From assembly GCA_036172245.1 (NCBI GenBank), contig JAYWIR010000095.1:186001-250000 (forward strand): 64,000 nt of DNA, read 5' to 3'. The position numbers and the translations under genes were made by a program. Positions within the stretch are counted from its first letter, which is position 1. The number at the start of each line of letters is the position of its first letter. The notes under the pieces were generated by a model. It searched no databases. It was given only the letters and a program-made list of their open reading frames with translations, and was not told the origin of the DNA. Source of the stretch: Raillietiella orientalis (taxonomy: Eukaryota). Below, in pieces: positions 26,870-40,000 of this stretch.

Positions 26870-29800
26870 AAAGGCAAAAGAAAACAAAAAAAAATATGCA
26901 AAAAAGAATTGCGAGGGTTCGGAGCAACGGATGCTGGACGGCGTCATCTGCATGTTTGCCGCATGCCACCAAGTTCCTGGGTTGCGGTTGCCAGATGGGG
27001 CCATCTTGTATGCGTTGCCAGGAAGAGATCCGTGAAATAAATGGCGTGGCCTGCCCTGGCGTTGTTGCATGCACAAACCACGATCCCGCGTGCTCAGGGA
27101 AGTGCGGCCCGCGAGATGGATTCGCTCAGGAAGAGGCGCTTAGGAAAGTCTCTGGAGTTGCCCTCGGGGCTCCGCAGGGACGCAGCATAGCGTTCCCGCA
27201 AAGGGAAGAGGGCAACGCAATCCACGAGTAAGTGCGGGAGGGACTCTGTTTCGCCGAACCTGCTGCAGTGGTGGCTCGCACTCCCTCGTGTCCAGTGGTG
27301 TCGGCGAGCGTTGCACGAGAGGCCCCAATGCAACAGAAGGATCGCCGGCTCCTGCCAATTTAGGGAGAGACAGCTGCACTGTTCCAGCACGCTGGGGGGC
27401 ACTGTACCTCCTCTGGAGGAGCTTCTCGTAGCTCTACAACCATTTATTGAGAGCCGTTTGGCCACTTTTGCATCCTTTGCAGGCTACGCGACTCTTGCGA
27501 ATGCACCCGGTCGGAGGGATCGTAGAGTTGACAGTGAGATGCCCGAAAGATTTGCCATTTTGCTTTTTGGGGTGCGGATGCAGCAAGATGGTTTGCTTAC
27601 TTTGGCCCCAGCATGCTCCTGGATCGCGTCGGTGAACTGCAGCTCGGAAGTTCCATCCATTGCATGCGGCCTTCTTCACGGATTTCACATCAACTCGATC
27701 CGGGACTGCCTTTTGATGCGCCAAGTCAGGAATCATCTCTTCCGCATCCCCATCCGTGCGAAGTACTCGAGCAGGCGTTGCAGCAATTTCTCGCCGTTGT
27801 CGACGGAGCGTGCAAACTTTTCTTCGTCGGTCATCACCATTGCTTGTCGCACACCTGCTGATCTGCTTTCCAGAATCCACGTTCCTGTCTGAACGAGTCG
27901 CCCGGCTGCATAAGAAAGGGTTGCGCCCTTTCTTTCAGAACATCGGTGCCTTTTTTTTGGTTCCTTGAATCATCAGTCGATCTCGCGAAAATGGACTATG
28001 CACAAATCGGTTTTGCGTCACTCTGAGGGAGTTTGCCTTGATCTCGCAGAGACGCGAGTTTGGTCGTGCTGCCGAGACGCTTTCGCACGTGGCCAAGGCG
28101 TGCTCGAAAGTATGCACGCAGTTTTTGCGGCATTCCAAGACGGATGAGAAGAAAGCAGCTGCCGACCTTTGTGCCGCAAATCCCAACTGTCATTCGTGAT
28201 GCGAAGCGCGATGGGGGAGGGATTTTCCCGAGTCTAGCTGCTGCTGGCTGCCGCAGAAAGGAACGAAGGAGCAGCCATCTCGCGGAAAGCGCGGTTTCCA
28301 GCTCGCAAAAGACGGCCGATGCGTTCAAAGATGAGTCCGTTGCGCTGACGTTTCCGATTTGCATCATTCCTGGATGAGTCACGCTTAGCAGCTACCTGTT
28401 GCTCCGAGATTCCAAGGCGGCCGGCAGATTCGTGGAGACGAAGCATTCCCCATCTTCTATGTGCTGGGTAGCAGGAGCGCAGTCCTTTCTTCCCTGATGC
28501 TTGAAGGAAAACGTGATATTTCTCACGGCATGTAGGGAAAATGGGTTTTCAAGAACACAGGTGTCCATCGGGAGATGCCGCCTGTTCCGAAACATTTCTC
28601 CCATGCACGCCATTTGTTCTTTGGCCAAATGGAAGCTCATCAACGACTCGAAGTAGTCGCAAATTGCTAAAGGCGAAGACGCGAAGAAGGGAGACACACA
28701 CTGCGCCCATCGAATCGGGGTACGCATCCAGAAAGAGCACGTTGTACGAACTCATGGGTAGGCAAGGGTGGAAGCGACATCCGTTGCGGAGATGCTTCGA
28801 AGGAGAGCACCGGAAGCATGGTGCGACCGTGACCTAAGCATGGCCCATAGGGAAGGACGAGCGGCGGCAAAACTTGCCTCAAGACTTGCAGCCCGTTTCT
28901 AAGTGGAAGCTGCGAAAAAAAAGTGCAGCAACGGTGTCGCTGCTTTCCGCACTTTTCCACGGAGAGTGAAGTGTGCGCTTCACTCTGCCACCGCCTCTGT
29001 GCGCCTCGCCGGGCAATGGCCACCATCAACCGCAGCCCGAAAGAATCCCGGGAAATGTGCCCACTTCTCCAGAGCTCCCTGCAGTTGTACTCCACACGTT
29101 AGGTTCGATTTCGATGCCTGCTGAAGCACCAACTTTTTCTTCGGCGTGACCGAAAATCAAAGCAAGGCGAAATCGCAGTCCGGCGGGGCATTCGGAGACG
29201 AACGCGCGGATTTCGAAGCCAAGCGGAGGGCGAATCCGCATCGGGGATGGGGGAGCGGACCTGAGAGAGATGAAGGAGCGGCGATTTCGGATTTCATCCT
29301 TTGCCTGCGCAACGCACCTGCCGTGAGACGGCACGCCCGATTGCCAGCAGTTTCCGAACGCTGGACAGACGAGTAGATTCGAAGGAGAAGAACATCCGAA
29401 GCTGCAAGAGCCGGAACGCCCTTCGAACGCGTGGCTCCATGGTCAGCCAAGAGACGGGCAGCAGGTGCGCGACGGCAGAAACGCGACCTGCTTCCCAGTT
29501 CCGCACCAGGGCGATTCCGTTTTCCGAGGAAACGGATCGCACACACGGAAAAGGCGTGGCTCCTGAGCCGAGGCCCACTAGTTCTTCGGTTAGCGACGAG
29601 GGGCAGAGAAGCAGTTCGTCGGGGCATTGGTGCGCACGAGGCTTCAAAATCCTGGATGAAGCCTCGGGGCATGAAATCCGAAGGTTTCGTTTTGGGGGAA
29701 TTGCTTTCCCGAAATTTGGGAGCGAAATTTAGGAATTTCCGGAGGAATTGGAAGCGACCTGGCAGAATTCGCTCATCGAGGCTGGAGCGGCAGACGACTG

Positions 29801-30150
29801 TCCGGAATCCGCCTCGAATCCCAGCTGCCACGAAGAGATGAACGCGGTGCTCTCCGGAGCCAAACATCCAAGCGATCCGTAATCCCGAGGGAGAAGCAAA
29901 AACAGGACAGAAAATCGATGGTGGCCACGGAAACAACGGCCCTAAAGTCGAAGCGAAGGCCACGCACAATCGAATCGGAACGCGTGACATACGACGCAAC
30001 AGCTGCTGTTGTTCCGTCAGATGTTGAGAGCAGAAGTGATGTGCCTCGTACAGCCTGCACCTCCTCCGTACGCAGCAAACCCTGCGTTCGACAAGGAGGG
30101 CGAATGTTTGCCGTTGTGGCATCGATGCGCGTTGCGATCCAATCACTTGG
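26870..30150 (-). mobile_element. Degenerate Tx1/L1-like LINE, copy B (same family as copy A at its 3' end)
   Basis: LLLHWGLSCNARRHHW...HHCSRFGETESLPHLLVDCVALFPLRERYAASLR (27170-27350) aligns with copy A LFLHWRFQCNQRRHL...SNCSRCGAMEWLPHMLLDCSALAGLWRRLVAALR. Also AGRLGI (about 28420), SDFMPRGFIQD (about 29670) and a T-rich 3' tail on the minus strand at 26870-26910. The part above 29100 may be a separate fragment. Confidence 0.62.
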
Positions 30151-33100
30151 AGATCGACGTCCGGTGAGAAGGTTTCCATGGAACCACCACTACGTCCCGT
30201 CGTCCTACGCTGCTATTGAGCTCGGCGCTGACGTGCTGCAAAGTCCGAAAGGACCCCGAAAAGACCCGCGTTCGAACTGCCAAAGCAACCAACATCCGTC
30301 TTCCCCGAGTTCGTGGACCGAGCCGATGACCTCCCCTGCGGAGCGAGGCGCGACTTTTACAAGCCCTTGCTCCCTCTCATCCCGATTTGATTTCCTGGAA
30401 ATCCCATTAAACTTCCTCCCAGATCGAGCGTTTCTTCTCTGCGCATGGAAGACATGTTGCCTCGTATGGCTCAGCTGGCGAAGATTCCGCCTGCTCTCAC
30501 TTTCGATAGGTCATGTTGGTCGGCAGTCGGGAAATTCACACCCCATCGCCGTCGCGCTTATGCAGCGTGCGCTACGCAGGCCACGTGCGCGAGACGTTCC
30601 CTCAGGTGTCCATTCATGCCCGGGCACCGCGTTGCGGACTTTCGTTCCCCGCAGGCGGTCGCGTCGCCAAATCCCCTTTTCGCTCGTTCCCTTCCGCATA
30701 CATGGGAAAAGAGCGAGTCCCGGACGGCCGCTGAAGTGGTCGGAGGACTAACGTTATTTAGCTGCTCCCCTTTCGCCGAGGAAGCGGCGAACATGCCCAC
30801 GTCTGCATGCACTCTCGGGTCGAGGGACCAAGAGGCAAGGCGAAGGATCCCTTGGAGCGAAAGTTGAATGGTCCGGGGACGCACATCCGCTCTCACGGAG
30901 AATTTTCGATTGCGCCCCATCGGTTTCCATTTGCGTTAGAATGCGCACGGTCCCTTCTACTTGCGTCCCTGGCTGAAGTGTCAACGAGCTCTTCATCAGC
31001 GCAGGGGATGAGAGCGTGGCGCACAGAGGCGATGGAGACGGCGTGGATCCGGGTTTCCGCAACGGAGCTCCCTGCGCCGCGATTTTCCTGGTGGCTGTGA
31101 CGATGTGACGAGCTGAAGTAACGTGGACCGGCCGTTCGTTCGTGGATGGAAAAGACGTCGCCTCTTCCGACATTTCCCGAGGGCAGACGGAGGAGAGAGC
31201 ACGCTGAAAGTCGCTTCCACGCCCCATTTCGCGAGAGTCGCTGCTGCTCAGGTGGATGGGACGCTGGCGGTGCGGACAGAACGGAAATCCCTGGGGAATG
31301 GCGCTGCAGACCCACGATGCTAGGCAAGGAATTCTTTTGCGTGGAACAAACTTGTGATCGGAGTCTGCATGCAAGAGGATTTTCTCCCCCGGACATTGCA
31401 GCGTGCTCCGTGCGAGAGCGCTTGCAAGCAGCTTCCTGCTTCGTGGAGCTCCTCGTAAGCGAAAGGAATGGGGAAATTGCGTTCGGAAGGGAGGGAAAAT
31501 TTGAGGAGGGCGTGCACCGTTCGGGAAGTCCTCCTTCCGGGCTGATTCGCGGCTCTGGTGATGCCGCACGGGGCCATGTTTCCATTTGGGACGGCAAGCC
31601 AAGAGCTGCCCGGGTTCGCCTCCGGGCGTCAGCACGCTCGCGGTCGTTCATCAGATCCGCACGCAGCTTTCCGCGAGGAGGATGGCGACAAAGAGTGCCC
31701 GGTTGGCCTTCGAAGGATGCACTCGGGATGGAAGCGACAGCTTCCAGTCGCCGCGATCCTCGAGCTCTCCGCTTCAACGGACGGGTTTCACGTGGAGCCA
31801 AGTGGCGTCCTCCGACGCGAAACGAAGCTTCCTCCGGATGGACCACTCCTGGCTGCCGTGCGTTGCTTCGAGCTGCGAGCGGACGCGTCTCCGGGAATGC
31901 GTGTCTCCGCCGCGTCTCCGCTCGGTTCCGACTGCTGCACCTGCCGATGGTCCCATCAACCGGATGCGACCTGATCGACGGACGGGAGATGCTTCCTCTC
32001 GACGCTGAGGAGTGAAGTGAACTCCACGGGGTTTCCCGTTGCTTTGGTTTCCATTTGCGATTTTTCCGCTCGCGCGGTGTCTGGGTATCCCGGCCGGCGC
32101 CCGCGCGTCCGTCGGTTCCTGCTTTCGCCAGTGGCAGCAGCGCGCCTCTCTCTAATTTCGGTCCAATCAAGTCTTTCCGGGAAAAAGTCCTTTCGGGGAG
32201 CTGTTCCTTTCTGGGTGCGCTCGCAATTCGGGGAATTAGGAACCTCTTTGAAAATATATGCTGCTCTTCTGCCGCCCGATTTCGCGCATTCTAATCATCT
32301 CGAAGAGAATTAGCAAATTGCCCGTGCAACGGAAGCTGCGGAAAAAGAAAGCGCTGAATCTTCTGCGCTCGGAAAGAGCTCGGAGGAATGCGCCGCGCCA
32401 GGAGCAGGAATTCCTCGGGAACGCAGAAAAAATCCCACGGAAGGGAGGATGAATTTGTGCCCGAGAGGTGCGTTTTGTCTTCTCGTGGAGCGGCTCCCGT
32501 AATCGGGCCCTCCCGTTTGCTCCCCCTCCCGAGCGAGCTGCTTTCCCGATTCACGTCCTCGAGGAGAGAGACGAGAAGCTGGGAGGAGAGACCAGCCTCG
32601 CAGGCCGCGTGTTCCGCAGAGGCTGCGCTTGGGGGTGACATGCGGGCAAACCTACCGTTCCAACCTGCTCCCCCGAAGCGAACATTCCTTGCCGGTGGAC
32701 CTGTGGGAAGAGCAGCCGGATCGGGAAGGCGAAACACACCGCAGGCCTCCCCGAGGAAACGGCCAGCACGCGCGGGCAACCACGAAAGAAGGTGCAACGG
32801 CGAGTCGCGACGAGCGACCAGCCCAGTTGCCTTCCCCGGCATCGCCCTCTCACCTTAACTGCCGCAGGTCACATGAAGGGAAGCAGAGAACGCCGCGTCC
32901 AGCAGAGGAAAAGTTCTCCTGCCGCGCGCGTCCCTTGTCCGGATCTCCTTACAGGATTTTCCAGGTCACCATCGAGACGACCGCAAGTCTCTCTGCTTCG
33001 CTCCGTGCCGGATTCGTCTTCCGTAAGGGGCGCAATACAGTCGCTGCGGTGTTCACGCCGGGAGACGCCGCCACATTCGTCATGCTGACCCCGCGGCCAC

Positions 33101-33935
33101 AGGACTCGGCCTGCGGAACCGGAGGCTGCAAAGGCAAGAAGAGACGATGGGTCGTCTCGTGCAGGGCGTGATCTACTGATCTAGCGGTGTACCGCTTGCG
33201 AGGTACGCCGCTGCGACGAGCCGCTTTCACGTTGTCGCGGAAACGTCTGCTCGGAAGTGCCTTTGACGGCAACCACCAGCGTCGCTCGGAGCAGCTGCCA
33301 ACACGTCCGAACGCGAAGTCGATGGCCGCTTGCACGAAAGACGGATGCTGCGATCGAAAACACACCTTGGAGTCCCCGGGGAGGCTGGAGGAGGACGTTC
33401 CGCGGACAGGTTTGTGAGACCGGGCGCAACCGCTTCCTGGTCTCATCGTGGGGTGAAAAACCCAAGCGGGGAGGTCCGCACCCCGGGAAGAAAAAAAAGG
33501 CCTTTAGAACGGAGCGGCCTGCAAAGGCGAGCAGACTGCTCGGAGGCCCTAGCAAACGCACCTGGCGTAAATGGGGAGAAGCGGGTGCGCACGGCGAACG
33601 GGGACAGCCGGTTGCATTCGCGGAGAAGAAAAACCCTGGGTAACGCGTCTTTCGCGGGCACGCCGCGTGCCTGCGCGCTCCTCCAGCGGAGCGACTGCTG
33701 GATGCGCCATCCTGAGTTCCTGCTGACCCGCTTCGGGAGAGTACGGAGAGCCTCAGTAGAGGACTGCCTGCAAACGGGACGCCTCGCTTCCTCAGCTCGT
33801 GCGGGGTAGCAATTTCCTTCCCGTCGCGGGGAATTCGACTCGCACTCTGAAGGCGGGAATCGGCCCTCGTCTGGTGAGCGCGAGCGGCCAACCTGCCCGC
33901 CTGTCAGCGCAACCCAACGTGACCTCCTCCCCGTG

Positions 33936-33968
33936 ATGGTGGACTCCGGTGGTGCTCTGTCCGAGTAG
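33936..33968 (+). promoter_or_regulatory. Candidate uORF (MVDSGGALSE*) ending 10 nt before the predicted start codon
   Basis: ATG at 33936 in GTGATGG context, TAG at 33966-33968, out of frame with the main ATG. Functional only if it lies in the 5' UTR. Confidence 0.35.
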
Positions 33969-33978
33969 CCAATCCATC

Positions 33979-34036
33979 ATGACCTACCTGCTCGCAAGGA
34001 CCGTGGCGAGCATCATCGCCTGCAGCCTGGCCATCG
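33979..34036 (+). CDS. Exon 1: signal peptide MTYLLARTVASIIACSLAI(G)
   Basis: ATG with A at -3, in-frame TGA upstream at 33934, hydrophobic core, donor G|GTAAGT at 34037. Phase 1 matches exon 2 and completes the signal peptide ...AIGSCLS/LLEEPEF. Confidence 0.72.
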
Positions 34037-37000
34037 GTAAGTTCCCACTTTTCGTCTTCCGCGTCCTCCTTGGCACAATACGGCGCCACGAGCGCGCGGG
34101 CCTCCTTGGCACCAGAGGATGCGAGCAGGGGGACGAAAAAGAGTCACGGGATCTACGACCAAGAAGGAGGGTGCTCGGCAGGTTGGTCACGCGAGTGAGC
34201 GGGTCTCTCGGCGTTCCAGCAGGTGCGTGCAGCGTGGAAACGCGTTCGGAGTGTCCACGCGTGTCGGAACGGAACTCGCAGAGCGGGCGAGGTTCCGTTC
34301 TTGGAACGTCTTTGTCCCCGCAGGTGCCTCGCAACGCCTCGCCTTCCTCCAACCCAATCAAAGGGTCGATTTTTCCGACCCAACTTCTGAAAAACGAGGC
34401 CTTCCGACCGGAGTGCGGACAGAAGGTCTCCACGATGGAAGCCACGCGAACTTCCCGTCGGGAAGTTTTCTTTCCCGGCACGGCGACGCTGCCACGAGCA
34501 TACCAGCGCGTCGGCGCTCTCTCCGCATCATCGCAAGCTGGAAGAAGCGGAATCGGGGAAGAGGTTCCCTCTCTTACACCTTTCTCCTTGGGAAAATCCC
34601 GAAACGGAGCCACGTGACGCGAGTCGCGTCTTGGAGGTCCGCGCCGAGGTCATCGCACTCCGCTATTCTTCCCGGGCGGCACGAATCCCTAGCGGCAGCA
34701 CGGAAGTCGAAAAGTCAGCTGCCTGAACGAGCTGCAGGTTGCCGCTCCCCGCCGGAAGAAGAGAAGCGTTCCCTTTCTCCTTGCCGTCTCGGCGGATTTC
34801 CGGAGGGAGAGACCACTCAACCCTCTTCCTCCAGTCTCCCTCCCGCGCTTCCAGTTGGTGGGTTCTTCCCCGCTGCCCCTGCGTTGCGGATTGCCTGGCT
34901 CTGCTGCTGGTGTTGGCGGTGCGTGCCCGCCGCAGTCAGCAGCAACCGGTGAAAAAGCTTCGTGGCGATCCTTCCACCGTGCGGTGAACTTTCCCCACCC
35001 TCCGAGGCGGTGAGAAAGCGCGGTCGAGCAGGTCGGACCGGTGGCCCCCAAATACGTGCGTTCGCAGTCTTCGAGAGGAACGAAAAAGCCTCATCTCGAA
35101 CGCAGGCATGAAGCTGTCCCCGCCGTGGGGATGCCTGCGACGCCCTTCCCGCTACTCGCCCAGCCGCTCGCCGTGAGCTACGCTCGCGGAGAGCGATCCT
35201 CTTGAGTGTCGCGGGACGTCTGGTCCGAAGCATCCGCCGATGCGTCTCTGGACGCGGACCGGCGCGCGCGGCTGCAGGTTTGCTGCGCGCTGCAGCCTGG
35301 CGGCGATACGTGCGGGGCCTTCCGAGAGGTGGCTTGGAGAGGGGCAGCTCTTTCGGGGAGCGGGCGATCCGCAGGGAATGCCAATAAACACCGCGGTGGG
35401 AGACTCGTCAGGCCGTTTCCGGTCGAAGCCGGAAGAAAGGGATCGTTTGAATTTTTGATTTGGAAAAAGAACCGGGTTCGGCGGGAAGAGTGGACGTGGG
35501 AACGAAGCGCCCAGAGCGGAGTTCTCCTCCTTCGTTTCGAGAAACCGGGATTGCGGAACCTGCGTTGGAACGGCGCTCCTTGCGCGCCTGGGAATGCGCT
35601 TGGGAAAAGGACGCTCCGCGGGGAACGCTCGGACGCGAGCGCAGCGGTGCAGTTCCTCTTATCAGGAGATGCAGCTGGGAGAAGACCGCGTCTCGAAAGT
35701 CGGAAAGGCGCTCCTGTCGCCATGCGAGGGTCATCCCAAACGCTCTTTACCGGCCTGGCGGAAAAGTCGGGAGCGCTGGCCCCCGGAGCGAGCCACATCG
35801 AGGCGGCGAAGGGGGGGGCAGCGACCAGGGCGACTGGAGGAGAGACGCTGAGCTCGCACTCGCGAGGTGCCCGGGATTTCCGCGGAGGGCCGCATCGTCC
35901 AACGGGTCGCTGCCGCCGGAAACTCCCGCAGGGCGAAACGAGCAGCCGCGTGGCGGTGGCCACCGGCTGCCACGGAACGAAAGGGTGTTCGGCCGAGGGC
36001 GCACTCCGCGAGGCGAGCAAGGCCAGGTCTTCGCTGGGCGAAGCGGACGTCGAGAGCGTTCGAGGCGGCTTCGGACCGCACCGCTGCGCGCGCCAATGAC
36101 CCAAGCGCCAGGACTGGCGATAGTCAGGCGAGCTCCGAGCGGAAACGCATGCGGCGCGCTCGCCCCTGGCTGCTGCTGCTGCTGCTGCCGCCAGGCAGCG
36201 ACTGCTTGGTGGCTTCAAGGACATCCCGATGAAAGAGACGCTTCCCTTGGAAGGGAGGTCAGGGTCGCTGCTCGCGCGGAGGGTATCCGCAATAAGTGCC
36301 GGTGACCAACGCACGGAAGAAGCGCCGGCGACATGAGGGTGGCGCGGCTGGGGTGCGCCTCTCTGCTTCCTTGGCAAGCGTTCGGCCGGCAGTTCGCCGC
36401 GCCCACATGCCTCCCCGAGCAGACCGCTTGGCATGCGGTTCCGGGTATTTTCCTGGGGAGCCATACGTGGGAAGAGCCGGTAAGCGGGAAATAATTCATG
36501 GACGGGAAGAAAACGCGAGAGCTGCGTTTTGCATATTCCCGATCCCGGATGCGAGCAGCCGGGACGGTAGGATGCACGCCATTAGAATGTCATGTTTATT
36601 CCGCGCGGTAATGGGCCGCCTTTGGGGGAGGCGCGGAACGGGGGAGATCAGAGGGCAGTCAGTCACTGTGTGCGCGAGGTTCTCCGCTCAGGAGAAGCGG
36701 ACTCGCTCTCCCATCGCTTACCGAATGCCAAAGCTCAAGGAGACGGGTTCGGGATGGGTGCCTGCCGCGGACGGGGAAGGGCGCGTGAACGACAGCCGGG
36801 ATGCGGACGAGAGGCGCGACTCCGGAGAAGAACGACCGATTCCCTGGCTGCATGCCGGTCCCGCGCCTGGAGCCGACGGGACGGTAACGCGCATCGCCAT
36901 TCCTCCGGGACAGACGGGACAAGGAATATGCTTCGTGGGAGTTCCAGCGCGCGAAGCCCCGGTGGTTGGAGAAGCGGTCGGTGCATCGAGCCGGCGCCGG

Positions 37001-40000
37001 AACGACGTCAGCGCCCGAAATGCGTCCGAGGGTCACCGAGCGACCCGGAACGACCCTGCGCGCGCAGCCGAACGCACTCAGCTCCCGTCCGAAAGGAGCA
37101 AGTGCGCCGCACCCCCGGAAGTCCGTGGGATGCATTTGCCCGATGCGCCGCCGTGGGTCCTCCGTACCGGCTGTTCTTCCTCTGCAGGGTCAGCGAGGGA
37201 AGGAACATGCCGGATTTCTCCCACCGCCACGCAAAGAATCGCGCGCGCGGGTGCTCTCCTGCCGTTCGGCTCCCCCGCCATTGCGACGACGCGTTCGCAC
37301 GACGGAGAGCTTGCTTCATCCGGGTTTGCGGAGCAACGCTGGTTGCTGCAGAGACTAGGAGGCCTCACCCAATCGGATGAGGCTTCCGCACCCGGCACGG
37401 ACGATGGCCGAGACGAGGGTGACGACGGATGACCCCTTTGCAGCGAGCGCTCGAAGGGACGAATCGCTCCTGCTTCCACGAACGGGAGCGGTGTCGCTGC
37501 CCGCAGCGAGCGACCGCCTGCGTTGCTGGTACCGGGGAACGTTCCCGGCGAGCAGAATCCGAGACGGCGCGATGCGCAGCCTCCGTTTCCTGGCGAGAAG
37601 CGCGCCTCAGTCCCGGTGCGAGGCCCGTCGAGATCGGGCGGCAAGTTCGCAACGGGACGGAGTGCGATCCGTCCTACCGCGCGAGCGGAAGTTTCGGGGA
37701 AACACGCGCGTATTGCTGAAGGGAGTACCGGCAACGGGATGGCTCCAAAGGCTGCAGGCAGGGGAACCAGCCGTCGCGGGACGCGCCTCAGGCGACGTCG
37801 AAGTCGAAGGCAAGGCAGCAGTTGACCGCTATGCGACTCCGGGAAGACAGCGGGGCGGTACCAAAGTGCCACGGAAGCGTCATCGGAGTGGAGCTGGTGC
37901 GTGGCAACCGACGAAGATGCGAGCAGGGTGATAGTCGCGAATGCCTTCGCAGAGTTTCTCATGAAAGCGACGACATGGGCGCAACAATACGCACCGAACT
38001 CGGTTGAGCCGCTCGATAAAAAGGCGGAGGACCTCAGCAGCCGAGGTCCACGGGCTTCTTCTGCCCGAGAAGTGGCTCCGTCGAACTGGCTGTCGGCGGC
38101 CCCCCTGGAGCTCCCGCACGTGTACGAAGGATCGCCTGCGAGAAAGGAAGGAGCACCGAGAACGTGCGAGGAAGTCTCGGTCGAAGCAGGAAGCAAACTC
38201 GGACCGCTTGCTATGCAACCCTGCAGCGGTGGCCGCCCATCCTCCCGAGTTGCTCCGTGGATGACGGCCTACTGGATGAAACTTCGAAGCCCCCGGCACA
38301 AAGTTCGACGGGCAGAGCGTGAAAGTGAAAGCGGACCCGAGCAAGCGGCACGTGGCGATTCCTTTTGGATTCCCCGCTGCCGCGCCCAGTGAGATCCTTC
38401 CCGACGTCGTGCGGGGCTGGGAAATGGATGGGTGGGTTCCCCATCTCCTGCGTGGAAGTGGTGGCACCGCAGGAGCCATCGCAAACGCGACAGGAACCTC
38501 ACTGGCCGGGAAGAAACGCCCACGGGTTGAAGTTGCTAACCCGAGATCGAGCGCTGCGGTCGCTGTGCTATCGCAGGATCATTGTGGGAGATGACAACAT
38601 TAAAGATTAACGCGCGACGGGGGCTTTGGGGACCTCCGGAATGCCGTCCTCATCTCTTAATGACAGGTTCTCGGGCCCGCAAGAAACGTGGAGCAGCACA
38701 AGACGAAATCCGTAGCGAACGAGTACATCGACAAGCCGCCTAACTACCTTTTAATGATACGCAGCCGAAGATATCGGCCGCATCGCCATGGTGACCATGA
38801 ATAGTTGATTGACAGATGGGCTACGACGTGGCGGACTGAAATGGTCCGCTGCTAGGCCGGGCTGGGGAGTTTCCTGAAGACGTGGGCGGCGTTCGGTAGA
38901 AGCAGAGATCGATTTTCGCTTCCGCCTTCCGCGGCACGGAGGAAGAGTAGCTGCTCTCACCGCTGCCAATTCGTTGCCAAGGAAACCAGGCAATGGATGG
39001 GCTCGTCCGCAGTTTCCCGTCCGGAAAAATCCCGACGCCGTCTTCAGCTTTCTGTTGCGTTCGCGCGCGGAATGTGGCCGTAGAAAACCTCCGTGAGGTC
39101 CGCAAATACGCCCGGAGGCACACGCCCGTCCCCAGCAAGCGGCATCCGGGCGACCAGAGAAAGCCTGCTTTTCCCTCTTCGGGAAAGAGCTCGAAGAAAA
39201 ACGGCCGCGACGCGGCGACGGTCGGCGTGCGCCTCGCTCGCAGTTGTGCGCGCTGCTCGTTGACAACGAGCGTGCGCGGCGCCCAGCATCCGCTTCAAGC
39301 GCACGCACCGCGGATGGCAACCGGCGGAGGAGCACGTCTCACGCCCGTGCACCGGCGTGGTCGCGCCGGGCGGGCTCAGAGACGCATCCCGGAAGCCGGG
39401 CCCAGTGGGAGGTCGCGGGCAGAGAGAACGCTCTTCTCTGTGGCAGCGACAGCGCTCGCCGCTCATCAGAAGACGCGCAGCTGCCAATCGGCAGCAGCCT
39501 GCCTTCTCGCACATCTCGAACGCTTTTCAGGATGCTCTCTTCGGTGCGAGGGCCTCGAAACGCGTTTTCCTAGCGTCCCTGTTCCGCAGCCCTCCCCAAC
39601 CGCCAGTGGGAAAGGCATCTCACCTCACCGCCCCGGACGGTGCAGCCGGTGCGTGGCATGAACCGCGGCAGCTCGGACTTTGCGGTTTCCCAAACGGAGA
39701 GCAGCCCTCGAAGGAACGGACGCAAGCAGGCACGGCGCGTTCCTGCACTTCGCTGGGGCGGAGAAGGGCGGAAGAAGGGGAGAACGAAGCAACAGCAAAC
39801 ACGCCACGGCTGCCGCGCGCCCGAACTGGGATGGCATTTCAAGTGCAAATGCAATGACTGCACACTCCATGGTCGAGTCAACAACGAGCGCGTCTCATGA
39901 CATGGAAACCCCCATTTGATTTCGTTTGTAGGCAGGGACGACCGGAGCCAAGGGATCCCATTCGCGACGCTTCCAGACTACGCATCCAGGAACAGCGCCT

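Noticed and set aside
34850..34955. CLALLLVLAVRA signal-like stretch in intron 1
   Set aside because: No in-frame ATG and no phase-compatible splice sites.
36149..36232. MRRARPWLLLLLLPPGSDCL..., a signal-peptide-like alternative first exon
   Set aside because: The Leu run is a (CTG)6 microsatellite, and there is no good phase-1 GT donor to join exon 2.
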